From an uncultured Candidatus Saccharibacteria bacterium (GTDB lineage Bacteria; Patescibacteriota; Minisyncoccia; Phycocordibacterales; CAIRYW01), in contig CAYLQP010000001.1 of NCBI GenBank assembly GCA_964386665.1, positions 48,111 to 112,110 on the forward strand: 64,000 nucleotides of DNA, written 5' to 3'. The notes beneath the pieces were generated by a model. That model was given only the letters and a program-made list of their open reading frames with translations, was not told the origin of the DNA and did not search any database. Positions 32,359 through 42,800 of the stretch are shown piece by piece. A program made the translations under genes and the position numbers. How positions within the stretch are numbered: the first letter of the stretch is position 1; every line of letters begins with the position of its first letter.

Positions 32359-32481
32359 AGCTAATAAAAATATACCACATCTCGTTTATCTGTCCATAAT
32401 TTACACAGTGCATAATTATCGGATGTTTTTATTGTGTGATGAAGGTTTTTGATTTTTTGTTTAAGTGGTAGAATAATCTGT

Positions 32482-33330
32482 ATGAAATCATTAAAACAAT
32501 ACATTATTGAAGCAAAAGAAAAAGGAGTGGCTGTTGGACACTTCAATATTTCCAATATGGAGGGTTTCCACGCGGTAACTGAAGTGGCCAAGGAAATGAA
32601 TCTGCCTGTGATCATTGGACTTTCTGAAGGAGAAAGAGATTTCTTTGGTGTTAAGGAAGCATCCGTACTCGTGAAAGAAAAGCGAGATGAAGGGTTACCA
32701 GTTTTTCTTAATGCTGATCATACATATAGTTTTGAAAGAGTGAAAGAAGCAATAGATGCAGGATTCGATGCAGTGATATTTGATGGGGCAAAACTTTCGC
32801 TTGAAGAAAATATCGCAGAGACTCGTAAGTGTGTTGAGTATGCAAAAAACTGCGGAAGAGAAGTATTGGTAGAAGCGGAGCTTGGATACATTGGTCAGTC
32901 GTCAAAGATTCTTGATGGAGTTCCTGAAGGAGTGGAGGTAACAACAGTTGAAGATGCAAAAAGATTTGTACAAGAAACCGGAGTTGATTTGTTTGCACCC
33001 GCGGTAGGGAATATTCACGGAATGCTCAAAGATGTTCCTGATCCAGAACTCAACATCGAAAGAATCAAGGAGATCAGTGATGTGACGGGCCTTCCTCTTG
33101 TACTTCACGGAGCCAGTGGAAACAGCAAAGAAGATGTTCAAAACGCAATCAAAAATGGTGTGGCGATAGTACACATCAATACAGAAGTGCGGGTTGCCTT
33201 CAAAGAAGGTCTTACTGATGCACTAGCAGACAATCCAAATGAAGTGGCGCCGTATAAGTACCTCAAAGAAGGTGTTGAAGCAATGAAAGAGGTTGTAAGA
33301 GAAAAACTCATTATTTTTAATATGAAATAA
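32482..33330 (+). CDS. fba: class II fructose-bisphosphate aldolase
   Basis: GHFN, NADH, VEAELG, GNIHG, VLHGASG, INT. Confidence 0.93.
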   Translation: MKSLKQYIIEAKEKGVAVGHFNISNMEGFHAVTEVAKEMNLPVIIGLSEGERDFFGVKEASVLVKEKRDEGLPVFLNADHTYSFERVKEAIDAGFDAVIFDGAKLSLEENIAETRKCVEYAKNCGREVLVEAELGYIGQSSKILDGVPEGVEVTTVEDAKRFVQETGVDLFAPAVGNIHGMLKDVPDPELNIERIKEISDVTGLPLVLHGASGNSKEDVQNAIKNGVAIVHINTEVRVAFKEGLTDALADNPNEVAPYKYLKEGVEAMKEVVREKLIIFNMK

Positions 33331-33418
33331 TTTTTGTATTAAAGAAAAAAAGGTTATAATGTAGTCAAATTAGTAGCGGTCTCCAAAGGCTGATAAGTAT
33401 TGTAATTGATTTTTAAAT

Positions 33419-36400
33419 ATGAAACAAAAAATTATTAAATTTGGTTTATTTTTTTCGGTATCCGCCTGTCTTTTGTTGTTACTGTTTGTTTTTTCAAAAA
33501 AAGAACCTGTGTATGCGACTTGTTCACCTACATCTTTAACAGGAAGTCCTCAAGCCGCATCGTATGCAAATGGTAAGGTTTTTATCACTAGAGGAGTTAC
33601 AAAGCTCGTTACAAGTTTTGATGTTACTACTGATACCGCATCAACTACAAATGCCGTGCTTGCTCCACATAGTATGTTTTCACTCACACAAAACAATTTA
33701 GTCAAAGATGACAATATGTTCTTGTGGATGGATGATGGTAGTGGTGAAGGATATGCTGTTGTAAATACAATTACGGGTCAGATTGTTGCAACGTCTACAA
33801 ATACAAATTTCAACAACAGTAAAGATGGTATTGTGGTGGGAGATAAGTACTATCAGGTAGCCCGAAATAATACAAATAACCTTGGTGTTGTAAGTGCTGT
33901 GACAACAAATACATTATATTTCAGAACTGTTAGTGCAAACCCAGAAAAAATACTTTCAAATGCTGCTGGTACAAAACTGTACGTAATCTCATCAAGCTTA
34001 ACATCAGGAAAGGTTACTGTGGTTGATGCAACAACTGATACGGTAGGAGCTACTATTCCTGTAGGAGGAATTTTAACAAATACTTCACAGGGTGCCATAC
34101 TTGGTAATTATCTTTATGTGCCAAACTCAAACTCAAACACAGTTTCTATTATTGATCTTACGACTGAGGCCGTTGTAGCAACTACTACAGTTGGAGCAAC
34201 TCCAAAATACATATCAACTTCAGGAACAAAAGTATATATTGCAAGTACTGGAAACAATACTGTTTCTGTAATTGATCAGTCTATCTCTGTTTCAGCAGTA
34301 CAGACAAGTATTTCACTTACAAATACTCCTATTTTTATGATGTCGGTGGCTTCAAATTCAAAGATATATGTTTCGACTGGTTCGTTTGGTATTAAGGTGA
34401 TTAGTCCTTCAACAGATACTGTTACTAAAACAATTACTGGGGGTATTGGAGCGGTTAATTCTGCAACAGAAGCACCCAACGGAAAACTGTACACAGTGGC
34501 ATCTGCTTCCGGAATTATTTCTGTAATTGATACTGTGCTTGATACAAATTTATCAAATTGTGGAGATACTGCGGGAGCTGATATTGTTCCACCACAACTT
34601 GTTTCTTTTACTTCAACTACTGCAAACGCTGTATATGCAAATGGCTCAACAATAAATATTACCGCGACTTTCAACGAAGCTCTTGCGGTTGCTTCGACTA
34701 TGACTGTTTCACTTAATACTGGCGCAACAGTCGTATTAAACAGTGTGAGTGGTATGAGTTTATCAGGTACTTATACTGTAACTCCAGGACAAAACACATC
34801 TGACCTTACTGTCTCATCTATAGTTTCGCATCTTGTTAAGGATGCAGATGACAATACGACTGCAACGTATCTAGTACCTGCATCACCTAATAATATTGCG
34901 GACACTTCGAATATTATTGTTGATACAACACCACCTTCTAATTACAGTATATCGATCGATCCAACATCTCTTACTCCCACTGATTTTACTGACCCTGTTT
35001 TCACGTTTTCGGCAATTGACTCTTCGGGTGGGATTACATACGCTCTTTCATTAAATGGAGGTGGGTTCTCAACAACCACAAGTCCTTTTAGTGCCACTGG
35101 GATTGATTCTACCGTCGTAAACACACTCATTATACAAGCTTGTGATGTTGCTGCTAACTGTTCTACATACACTTCATATTTTTATCCAGCAATTATCATA
35201 CATCCATCTGCTGTCACTTCTAGTTCAACAATTTCTGTTACGTTTGATATTATTGAACCTAGTACAAGTGCGTTTAATTTACAAATTGCAGATGCCTATC
35301 TCGATGGTATTCTCACATCAATTACGTGCGAACCTGTTATAAATGGTACTTCAAAAACATCAACCTGTACGTTAGTGGGTGGTATCCCAGCTCCATCAGA
35401 TCATTCAAATGATGGAACCCATACACTTGTTGTTTCTGCAACAAGTACAGCGTCAGTTTTAGGAAGAGCTTCACAAGGTTTTACTATTGATACTATTTCT
35501 CCTTCAATTACTTCAGTAACTACATCAGTTGCAAACGGTTCGTATATACTTGGCAATAGTATACCAATTACAATTGCACTTGATGAACCTGTTGTAAATG
35601 GATCACAAGTAACTCTTACATTTGATACGGGAAAAACTCTTACTTTTACGTGTGCAACTTCAACCTGTACTTCATTGACTGCTACTTATGTGGTTGGCGC
35701 AAATGAAGATACAGATGATCTTACGGTAAGTTCTCTTTCGGGAGCGACTTTGGCAGATGTGGTTGGAAATGCAAGTAGCAGTCCTATGATTCCTGACGGA
35801 TCTAATCTTGGTGATTTGTCTACAATTTCTATTGATACTCTACCTTCTTCAACTCTCGGTATGCCTGATCTTACTACTGCAACAGATAGTGGAATTTCTA
35901 CCACTGATAATTTTACAGGGGTGGATAATGTTGAACTCACAGGTGTTTGTATTGATGGTGATACTGTTGAGTTATTTAAAGATGGGGTTTTGGATCAGAC
36001 AGTTGTATGTACAAGTTCAGCTTATTCTTTTTTCTCACTTCTTCCAACAGAGGGCTCTTATGACTTTAAAGTACGTGCGATTGATCCACAAAATAACACA
36101 TCAAGTTTTTCTGCGTCCTTGGTTGTCACTTATGACATAAGTGCCCCAACTCTTTCATCATTAACTTCTACTACTGCAGATGGAAGATATAGTTCTGGTT
36201 CGAATATTAATATTACTGCTACTTTCAGTGAACAGATTAGTACAGGTTCAACAATGTCGGTTACTTTAGATACAGGAGATGTTATTGTTCTTTCAAATAT
36301 TTCTGGAAATACCCTTACAGGAACATACAGTGTAAGTGAAGAAGATTCATCTCTTGATCTTACTGTCATTTCAATTGTTTCAGTGAACGTAACTAATCTT

Positions 36401-37189
36401 GCACTAAACACTGCCACAACCTATGCGCTTCCTGTTGCACCAAACAATATTGCAGATTCATCTCAGATTGTTATCTTTATAAATACATCTTCAAGAAGCG
36501 GGGGAAGTAGACCAAAAAATAATAATCCTGTTCCAGCTACACTACCAGTAAACTTTGTAAGTTCATCTACTAATCCTATGCCACAGAATCCAAATAATTT
36601 TGGATTAAATCCAGTTGCTTGTGAAAACTACATTAAGTCATATATACGACTTGGTGCAAATAATGATGTAGAAGACGTAAAAAAACTTGAGACATTTCTA
36701 AATACATATGAAGGAATGAAATTGCCTGTAGATGGAGTATTTAGTAAAGCAGATGAAGATGCGGTAAGAATTTTTCAAGAGCGTTATACTGAAGTGCTTA
36801 GTTTTTGGAACCTCTTAAAACCAACCGGGTATGTATATATTAGTACTCAAAAAGCGATCAACAGGATTTACTGTGAGAAGACTCATAATATGACTTGTCC
36901 TTACTTTTTTGATTTTGCAAAGCAGGGAGATCAGGGTGTTGGAGTTACAAAAATAAAAGCGTTCTTGAATAATACTCAAAACGAGAAATTATCTTTGACA
37001 GATAAATTTGATACTGAGACAACCCAGGCTGTGATTCGATTCCAATCAAAATTCAAAGATAGGGTGCTCACTCCTTGGAAACTTGCTCAACCTACTGGAC
37101 TCTGGTATCAATCAACACGGAAAAAGGCGAATGATGTTATTGGGTGCTTTGCACCACAGAGATTAGATAATGGTGTAATTTTGGATTAA
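33419..37189 (+). CDS. large secreted surface protein: YVTN-like beta-propeller, Ig-like repeats, two peptidoglycan-binding-like domains
   Basis: Signal peptide; LYV.N..SNTVSIID repeats; three TST(T)ANG.Y..G..I.IT.TF.E repeats; PDL...DSG..DN.T Big-like domain; C-terminal LG....DVKKLETFLN and GDQG.GVTKIKAFLN. Confidence 0.85.
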   Translation: MKQKIIKFGLFFSVSACLLLLLFVFSKKEPVYATCSPTSLTGSPQAASYANGKVFITRGVTKLVTSFDVTTDTASTTNAVLAPHSMFSLTQNNLVKDDNMFLWMDDGSGEGYAVVNTITGQIVATSTNTNFNNSKDGIVVGDKYYQVARNNTNNLGVVSAVTTNTLYFRTVSANPEKILSNAAGTKLYVISSSLTSGKVTVVDATTDTVGATIPVGGILTNTSQGAILGNYLYVPNSNSNTVSIIDLTTEAVVATTTVGATPKYISTSGTKVYIASTGNNTVSVIDQSISVSAVQTSISLTNTPIFMMSVASNSKIYVSTGSFGIKVISPSTDTVTKTITGGIGAVNSATEAPNGKLYTVASASGIISVIDTVLDTNLSNCGDTAGADIVPPQLVSFTSTTANAVYANGSTINITATFNEALAVASTMTVSLNTGATVVLNSVSGMSLSGTYTVTPGQNTSDLTVSSIVSHLVKDADDNTTATYLVPASPNNIADTSNIIVDTTPPSNYSISIDPTSLTPTDFTDPVFTFSAIDSSGGITYALSLNGGGFSTTTSPFSATGIDSTVVNTLIIQACDVAANCSTYTSYFYPAIIIHPSAVTSSSTISVTFDIIEPSTSAFNLQIADAYLDGILTSITCEPVINGTSKTSTCTLVGGIPAPSDHSNDGTHTLVVSATSTASVLGRASQGFTIDTISPSITSVTTSVANGSYILGNSIPITIALDEPVVNGSQVTLTFDTGKTLTFTCATSTCTSLTATYVVGANEDTDDLTVSSLSGATLADVVGNASSSPMIPDGSNLGDLSTISIDTLPSSTLGMPDLTTATDSGISTTDNFTGVDNVELTGVCIDGDTVELFKDGVLDQTVVCTSSAYSFFSLLPTEGSYDFKVRAIDPQNNTSSFSASLVVTYDISAPTLSSLTSTTADGRYSSGSNINITATFSEQISTGSTMSVTLDTGDVIVLSNISGNTLTGTYSVSEEDSSLDLTVISIVSVNVTNLALNTATTYALPVAPNNIADSSQIVIFINTSSRSGGSRPKNNNPVPATLPVNFVSSSTNPMPQNPNNFGLNPVACENYIKSYIRLGANNDVEDVKKLETFLNTYEGMKLPVDGVFSKADEDAVRIFQERYTEVLSFWNLLKPTGYVYISTQKAINRIYCEKTHNMTCPYFFDFAKQGDQGVGVTKIKAFLNNTQNEKLSLTDKFDTETTQAVIRFQSKFKDRVLTPWKLAQPTGLWYQSTRKKANDVIGCFAPQRLDNGVILD

Positions 37190-37205
37190 TTTGAGTAATG
37201 TTAAC

Positions 37206-37243
37206 AAAACCATCCCTTTTAAAGATAAAGAGGGATGGTTTTT
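37206..37243. terminator. bidirectional terminator between convergent genes
   Basis: aaaaccatccct...agggatggtttt. Confidence 0.8.
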
Positions 37244-37264
37244 GTTTTTTTATAAAAAAACAGG

Positions 37265-37600
37265 TCATTGACCTGTTAGTAAAGATGCTTCTGTGACGAG
37301 TATCCTGTGGATTTGATGGGCAAGGTCTCTTGTGGAGGCGATAGAATTGTCATCAAATTCGATCATCCATCGAAACCATTTTCTTCTTAGCTTAACTACT
37401 CCGACACCGGTCTCAAAGTGTTGAAGAGGTGCAGTGACGACTAAAGTGAGCACCTTTCTGTCTTCAAGTTCTCGGGTTATCATTTCAATCCAAAGTTTTT
37501 TCCCATCATTGATTTGTTCGAGAAGCCGAGGGAACCTCTTTCGAAGCCTTATCCTCACAAATGCTAGACAAAAGACTGTCTGTTTAAATGGTTCGAACAT
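37265..37600 (-). CDS. hypothetical protein
   Basis: 111-aa ATG ORF filling the gap between the terminator and uvrA. Confidence 0.5.
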   Translation of the reverse strand: MFEPFKQTVFCLAFVRIRLRKRFPRLLEQINDGKKLWIEMITRELEDRKVLTLVVTAPLQHFETGVGVVKLRRKWFRWMIEFDDNSIASTRDLAHQIHRILVTEASLLTGQ

Positions 37601-37671
37601 AACTAATGATAAAGACTACTCTTTAGGGGTGTTTTGTCAATGTGATTAAAGCATTGTATACTGGTAAGATT

Positions 37672-40284
37672 ATGGAAAAAAAGACCAATAAACATATCTG
37701 TAAACTCCCTAAGGATATGGAGAAAATCGTCGTAAAAGGGGCCAGGACGCATAATCTGAAGGATATTACTGTTGAGATGCCTCGAGGCAAAATGATCGCT
37801 GTAACAGGTCTTTCTGGCTCAGGAAAGAGCTCTTTTGCCTTTGATACGGTGTTTGCTGAAGGACAACGACGTTATGTAGAGTCACTCTCAAGTTATGCAA
37901 GGCAGTTTCTTCGCCAGATGCAAAAACCAGATGTAGACGAGATTACTGGTCTTTCGCCGGCTATTTCTATCGACCAAAAATCACGGTCAAATAATCCGCG
38001 TTCAACTGTTGCAACGATTACCGAGATTTATGATTATCTTCGAATTTTGTTTGCACGAATCGGTAAACCACATTGTCTTACCTGTGGACGAGAAATAAAA
38101 AAGCTCTCAAAAGAAGAAATCATTGAAACGATTTTGCATACTGTTTCTTCAATCAAAACAGAAGGGAAATCAAAAAAAGTAATGGGGGTAGAAGTTGATG
38201 ATTTGAAATTCCAGATTTTCTCACCCATCGTAATGGGGCGAAAAGGTGAATACTATCAGATGCTCTATGATCTTTTGGGTAAGGGGTTCGAGCGAGTGCT
38301 TGTTGATGGGGTAGAACACTCTCTTCGAGAAAGAATTGAGATTTCCAAAACTCACAAACACGATATTGATGTGCTTGTTGATGAGTTTTATTTTTCTGAA
38401 CTTAAAGATCAGACAGCTGGGTTCAAAGAACGTCTCAGTGAATCAATCGAAAAGGCACTTGAACAATCTGATGGGTTGTTACGGATCAAAACTCCTGAAC
38501 ATAATCATTTGATTTCATCAAAGTTTATGTGTCCGTATGACGGGTTTTCGTTTCCAGAGGTGGAACCAAGACTCTTTTCGTTTAACTCACCTTATGGTGC
38601 TTGTGGCGAATGTAATGGACTTGGAACACGAGAGTTTTTCGTCAACGAAGCGTGCAAAGTGTGTCTTGGTAAACGGCTTCGACCTGAAGCGCTTAGTGTA
38701 TTTCTTGAAGGGAAGAAAAATATTCTTGATGTAAGTAGTCTTTCAATTACGGAAGCAGAAAAGTTTTTCTCTGGGCTTTCACTTTCAGAAAAGGAACAAG
38801 AAATTTCAAAGGTGGTGATCAAAGAAATTCTTGCACGACTTAAGTTTATGATTGATGTCGGGATTGATTATCTCACCCTTGATCGTCGGGCAAATACGCT
38901 TTCGGGTGGAGAAGCACAACGAATTCGTCTTGCATCGCAACTCGGAAGTGGGCTTGTGGGAGCGCTCTATGTGCTTGATGAGCCAACAATCGGGCTCCAT
39001 CAAAAGGACAATGATAGACTGATTAAAACACTTCTTAATCTCCGAGATCTTGGTAACACAATTCTTGTGGTTGAACACGATGAAGATACGATGTATGCGT
39101 CTGACTTTTTGATTGAGATTGGTCCGCGTGCAGGGGTGCACGGAGGGGAAGTGATTGTGTCGGGTTTTATGGAGGATTTACTCACCGCCAAAAAAAATGA
39201 ATCAGGATCACTCACACTTGCATATTTGCGTGAAGAAGAAAAAATTGACGTACCAGAAAAACGTCGTACACAAGACAAAGGTAAAATAAAGATTGCTGGA
39301 GGAAGTGTGTTTAATATCAAAAACTTAAATGTTGAGATTCCTCTTGGGCGACTCGTGACAGTCACTGGAGTGTCTGGAAGTGGAAAGAGTTCGTTTGTAT
39401 ATGAAATATTGCACAAGAACCTTGAGGCGCGTCTTGAACGAACTAAACGAACAGCACAAATATACAACGCGACGCGGTTTGAGGGGACAGAATATCTTGG
39501 TCGTTCAATCTTGATTGATCAGTCACCAATTGGACGAACTCCACGAAGTAACCCTGCAACCTATACAGGTGCGTGGACACATATTCGAGATATGTTTGCT
39601 GCAACTGCTGAAGCAAGAGTGCGTGGATGGGGTGCTGGACGATTTAGTTTTAACCGCAAAGGTGGGCGATGTGAGACGTGTGAAGGAAATGGTGTGATTG
39701 AGGTGGAAATGCATTTCTTGCCAACTGTGTATGTGACGTGTGATGTGTGTGGAGGGAAGCGATTTATGAAAGAAACTCTGGAGATCAAATACAAAAAGAA
39801 AAGTATTTATGATATTTTGAAAATGACAGTTGAGGAAGCGTTACGCTTCTTTGAAGATATCCCCTCTATTTATGACCGACTTAAAACACTTGATGAAGTA
39901 GGGCTTGGATATTTGGAGCTTGGTCAAAGTGCAACGACCCTTTCAGGAGGAGAGGCACAACGAGTGAAGATCTCAAGTGAGTTATATCGAACCCATACTC
40001 AAAAGACTATATATCTTCTTGATGAGCCAACGGTGGGGCTTCATTATGAAGATGTGAAGAGACTTATCGAAATCCTTCAGAGACTGGTAAACAAGGGTAA
40101 TACAGTAATAGTAATCGAACATAATCTTGATTTGATTAAATGTTCAGATTATATTATTGATATAGGACCATTTGGTGGAGAAAAAGGTGGTCAAATAGTT
40201 GCCAAAGGAACCCCAGAAGAAGTGGCGAATAACAAGAATTCTTTTACGGGGGAGTATTTGAGGAAGGTGTTGAGGAGAAAATAG
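37672..40284 (+). CDS. uvrA: excinuclease ABC subunit A
   Basis: GLSGSGKSS, AEGQRRY, two LSGGE signatures, GVSGSGKSS, zinc fingers. Confidence 0.97.
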   Translation: MEKKTNKHICKLPKDMEKIVVKGARTHNLKDITVEMPRGKMIAVTGLSGSGKSSFAFDTVFAEGQRRYVESLSSYARQFLRQMQKPDVDEITGLSPAISIDQKSRSNNPRSTVATITEIYDYLRILFARIGKPHCLTCGREIKKLSKEEIIETILHTVSSIKTEGKSKKVMGVEVDDLKFQIFSPIVMGRKGEYYQMLYDLLGKGFERVLVDGVEHSLRERIEISKTHKHDIDVLVDEFYFSELKDQTAGFKERLSESIEKALEQSDGLLRIKTPEHNHLISSKFMCPYDGFSFPEVEPRLFSFNSPYGACGECNGLGTREFFVNEACKVCLGKRLRPEALSVFLEGKKNILDVSSLSITEAEKFFSGLSLSEKEQEISKVVIKEILARLKFMIDVGIDYLTLDRRANTLSGGEAQRIRLASQLGSGLVGALYVLDEPTIGLHQKDNDRLIKTLLNLRDLGNTILVVEHDEDTMYASDFLIEIGPRAGVHGGEVIVSGFMEDLLTAKKNESGSLTLAYLREEEKIDVPEKRRTQDKGKIKIAGGSVFNIKNLNVEIPLGRLVTVTGVSGSGKSSFVYEILHKNLEARLERTKRTAQIYNATRFEGTEYLGRSILIDQSPIGRTPRSNPATYTGAWTHIRDMFAATAEARVRGWGAGRFSFNRKGGRCETCEGNGVIEVEMHFLPTVYVTCDVCGGKRFMKETLEIKYKKKSIYDILKMTVEEALRFFEDIPSIYDRLKTLDEVGLGYLELGQSATTLSGGEAQRVKISSELYRTHTQKTIYLLDEPTVGLHYEDVKRLIEILQRLVNKGNTVIVIEHNLDLIKCSDYIIDIGPFGGEKGGQIVAKGTPEEVANNKNSFTGEYLRKVLRRK

Positions 40285-40485
40285 TAATAAAAAATAGATC
40301 CTTTTTAAAAGAGTGGGCATCTTCATTCTTTTCAAGAAATTTTTAGATAAAAAAAAGAAGTTTGATTTACAAACTTCATTCTAAAAAGAACACCTTTGGT
40401 GCAGCGGCGATCGTGTAGACGACGATAAGCACCCATACGGAGATAAAAAAAGGATCATGCATAGAAAGAAAATACCACAAAACTC

Positions 40486-41721
40486 ATGAATTTGCAAAGC
40501 TTTCAAAAGACCAAATTACCTGATGCACCTGGAGTGTATTTCTTTTTAAATGCGCAAAAAAAACCTCTCTACATTGGTAAAGCAACCAGTCTCAAAGATC
40601 GGGTGAAAAGTTATTTTGCAAAAGACATTGAAATGGTTCGTAGTCCCTTGATCGCAAAGATGGTTCTCGAAGCAAAAAATATAGAAGTGAAAGAAACAAA
40701 ATCCGTTCTTGAGGCGCTTCTTCTTGAAGCTGATTTAATAAAGAAATTCAAACCAAAATATAATACAAAAGAAAAAGATGACAAAAGTTTTAATTGCATT
40801 GTCATAACAGAAGAAGCGTTTCCACAACTGCTCATTATTCGTAAAAAAGACATTGACTTCAAAACACTAAAAGCTAATAGCCAAAAGCTAAAGGCTATCT
40901 ATGGTCCATTTACAAACGGGGGTCAACTGCGAGTTGCTTTGCGTTTGATACAAAAGATCTTTCCATTTCGAGATGAGAAGTGTCATCTCGATTCAAAGCG
41001 TCCTTGTTTTAACTTCACACTCGGGCTTTGTCCTGGTACATGTGTTGGCAAAGTAACAAAACAAGAATATGCACAGACCATCAAACAAATAACAAAGTTA
41101 CTTTCAGGAAATATTTCTGGTGTAGCAGCTGATATGACCAAAGAGATGAATACAAAAGCAAAAGAACAGAAGTTTGAAGAAGCCAAGAAACTCCGAGATA
41201 AGATATATGCCCTTGAACATATCAACGATATTTCACTCATTAAAGAAGAGGTAAAAGAGGATGTGTCAAAGAAAAAATTCCGGATTGAAAGTTTTGATAT
41301 TGCTCATATGATGGGTAAGGATATGGTTGGGGCGATGGTGGTAATGGAAGATGGGGAACTTTATAAAAAAGAATACAAAAAGTTTATTATAAAAACCTGT
41401 GATAATGCTAATGATCCAAAAGCACTCCGTGAAGTGCTTACAAGGCGGTTTAACCATCCAGAATGGACATTTCCAGATATGCTTGTGGTGGATGGTGGAA
41501 CAGCTCAAGTAAATGTTGCGTATGAAATAGTTCACACTCTCGGTCTGACGATTCCTGTTGTTGCGGTGGTAAAAGATAATCATCATAAGGCAAAAGGGAT
41601 TCTAGGAAGAGAGGATTTGGTCAAAAAATACAAAAAAGAAATCATACGTATTAATGCAGAGGTGCATCGTGTTGCGATTGGTTTTCATAAGCAAAGACGA
41701 AAAAAGAGTTTTCTTCCTTAG
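40486..41721 (+). CDS. uvrC: excinuclease ABC subunit C-like protein (short, no HhH tail)
   Basis: GIY-YIG PGVY..LYIGKA..RV.SYF, UVR domain FEEAKKLRD, RNase H-like IESFDIAH..VVDGG..Q. Confidence 0.88.
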   Translation: MNLQSFQKTKLPDAPGVYFFLNAQKKPLYIGKATSLKDRVKSYFAKDIEMVRSPLIAKMVLEAKNIEVKETKSVLEALLLEADLIKKFKPKYNTKEKDDKSFNCIVITEEAFPQLLIIRKKDIDFKTLKANSQKLKAIYGPFTNGGQLRVALRLIQKIFPFRDEKCHLDSKRPCFNFTLGLCPGTCVGKVTKQEYAQTIKQITKLLSGNISGVAADMTKEMNTKAKEQKFEEAKKLRDKIYALEHINDISLIKEEVKEDVSKKKFRIESFDIAHMMGKDMVGAMVVMEDGELYKKEYKKFIIKTCDNANDPKALREVLTRRFNHPEWTFPDMLVVDGGTAQVNVAYEIVHTLGLTIPVVAVVKDNHHKAKGILGREDLVKKYKKEIIRINAEVHRVAIGFHKQRRKKSFLP

Positions 41722-41738
41722 TGTGTTATTATATAAAA

Positions 41739-42740
41739 ATGAATCTCAAACAAATAAGACGGTATTTTAAGAATAAAAAAACTTCATTATTACTATTGTT
41801 GTTGCTTGTTATTGTCCTATTGTTACAAATATTTTTACAACAAAAAGATGACTATAAAGGCGAATTTAGTCTCGTGGATCACACAAAACGGTTTTCAGTT
41901 GTGGTTCTTCCTGATACACAGAAGTATGCAAAAGATTTCCCTGATATTTTTTGTAAACAAACACAGTGGATTGTTGAAAACAAAGAAAAACTTAATATTG
42001 TACTTGTAAGTCAGCTTGGAGATATAGTAGATAGTGGGGCAAAATCAAAAAAAGAATGGGAAGTAGCAGTTAATTGTATGAGTAAGCTTCAAGGAGTGGT
42101 TCCGTGGGCAGTGCTTCCTGGAAATCATGATACAAATGTGGTAAGTAATAACCAGTCTGGATTTGGCTTTTATGATACATATTTCCCTAAGAGCTTATTT
42201 GGTAATATGAGTTGGTACAAAGAAGGATTTAGAAATAATCAAAATAGTTTTGTAAGTGTCGATGTGCTTGGAGTAAAACTAGGACTCGTAAGTCTCTCTA
42301 TTGAACCTGATGATGAGGTGCTGAAGTGGGCAAGTGGAGTGGTGGAGAAAAACAAAGATCATCTCTTTATTCTTTCTACTCATAAATATCTTGTTGATGA
42401 AGAAGGTCAAAGAGACGAAGGGCTTGATTTTAGTAACAACGGCAATGATGGTGAAGCGATTTGGCAAAAGCTCGTAAAGAAAAATTGCGAAGTAAGATTG
42501 GTTCTTTCTGGACATTTTCACAAAACAGATGGAGAAGATGTTCGAATAGATAAAAACGATTGTGGAGAAGATGTTACGCAAACAATTCAAGATTATCAAG
42601 CTCGTGAACTTGGTGGTAACGGAAGACTTCGTGTGTATATATTTACACCAAAAGCAAAGAGTGTAGAAGTAAAGACGTATTCACCATATACCGATACCTT
42701 TGAAATCGATGCTGATAGTGAGTTTGAGTTTATTTATTGA
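41739..42740 (+). CDS. membrane-anchored calcineurin-like metallophosphoesterase
   Basis: N-terminal TM segment; PDTQ, LGDIVD, GNHD, STH, SGHFH. Confidence 0.9.
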   Translation: MNLKQIRRYFKNKKTSLLLLLLLVIVLLLQIFLQQKDDYKGEFSLVDHTKRFSVVVLPDTQKYAKDFPDIFCKQTQWIVENKEKLNIVLVSQLGDIVDSGAKSKKEWEVAVNCMSKLQGVVPWAVLPGNHDTNVVSNNQSGFGFYDTYFPKSLFGNMSWYKEGFRNNQNSFVSVDVLGVKLGLVSLSIEPDDEVLKWASGVVEKNKDHLFILSTHKYLVDEEGQRDEGLDFSNNGNDGEAIWQKLVKKNCEVRLVLSGHFHKTDGEDVRIDKNDCGEDVTQTIQDYQARELGGNGRLRVYIFTPKAKSVEVKTYSPYTDTFEIDADSEFEFIY

Positions 42741-42800
42741 CTTTTATAATTTTTTCTGTTTAAATTTAATCGGGTCTAAACCAAACCCGATCTTTGATTT

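Noticed and set aside
40376-40462. 28-aa hydrophobic minus-strand ORF (MHDPFFISVWVLIVVYTIAAAPKVFFLE) between uvrA and uvrC
   Set aside because: Too short, and no clear promoter or terminator supports it.
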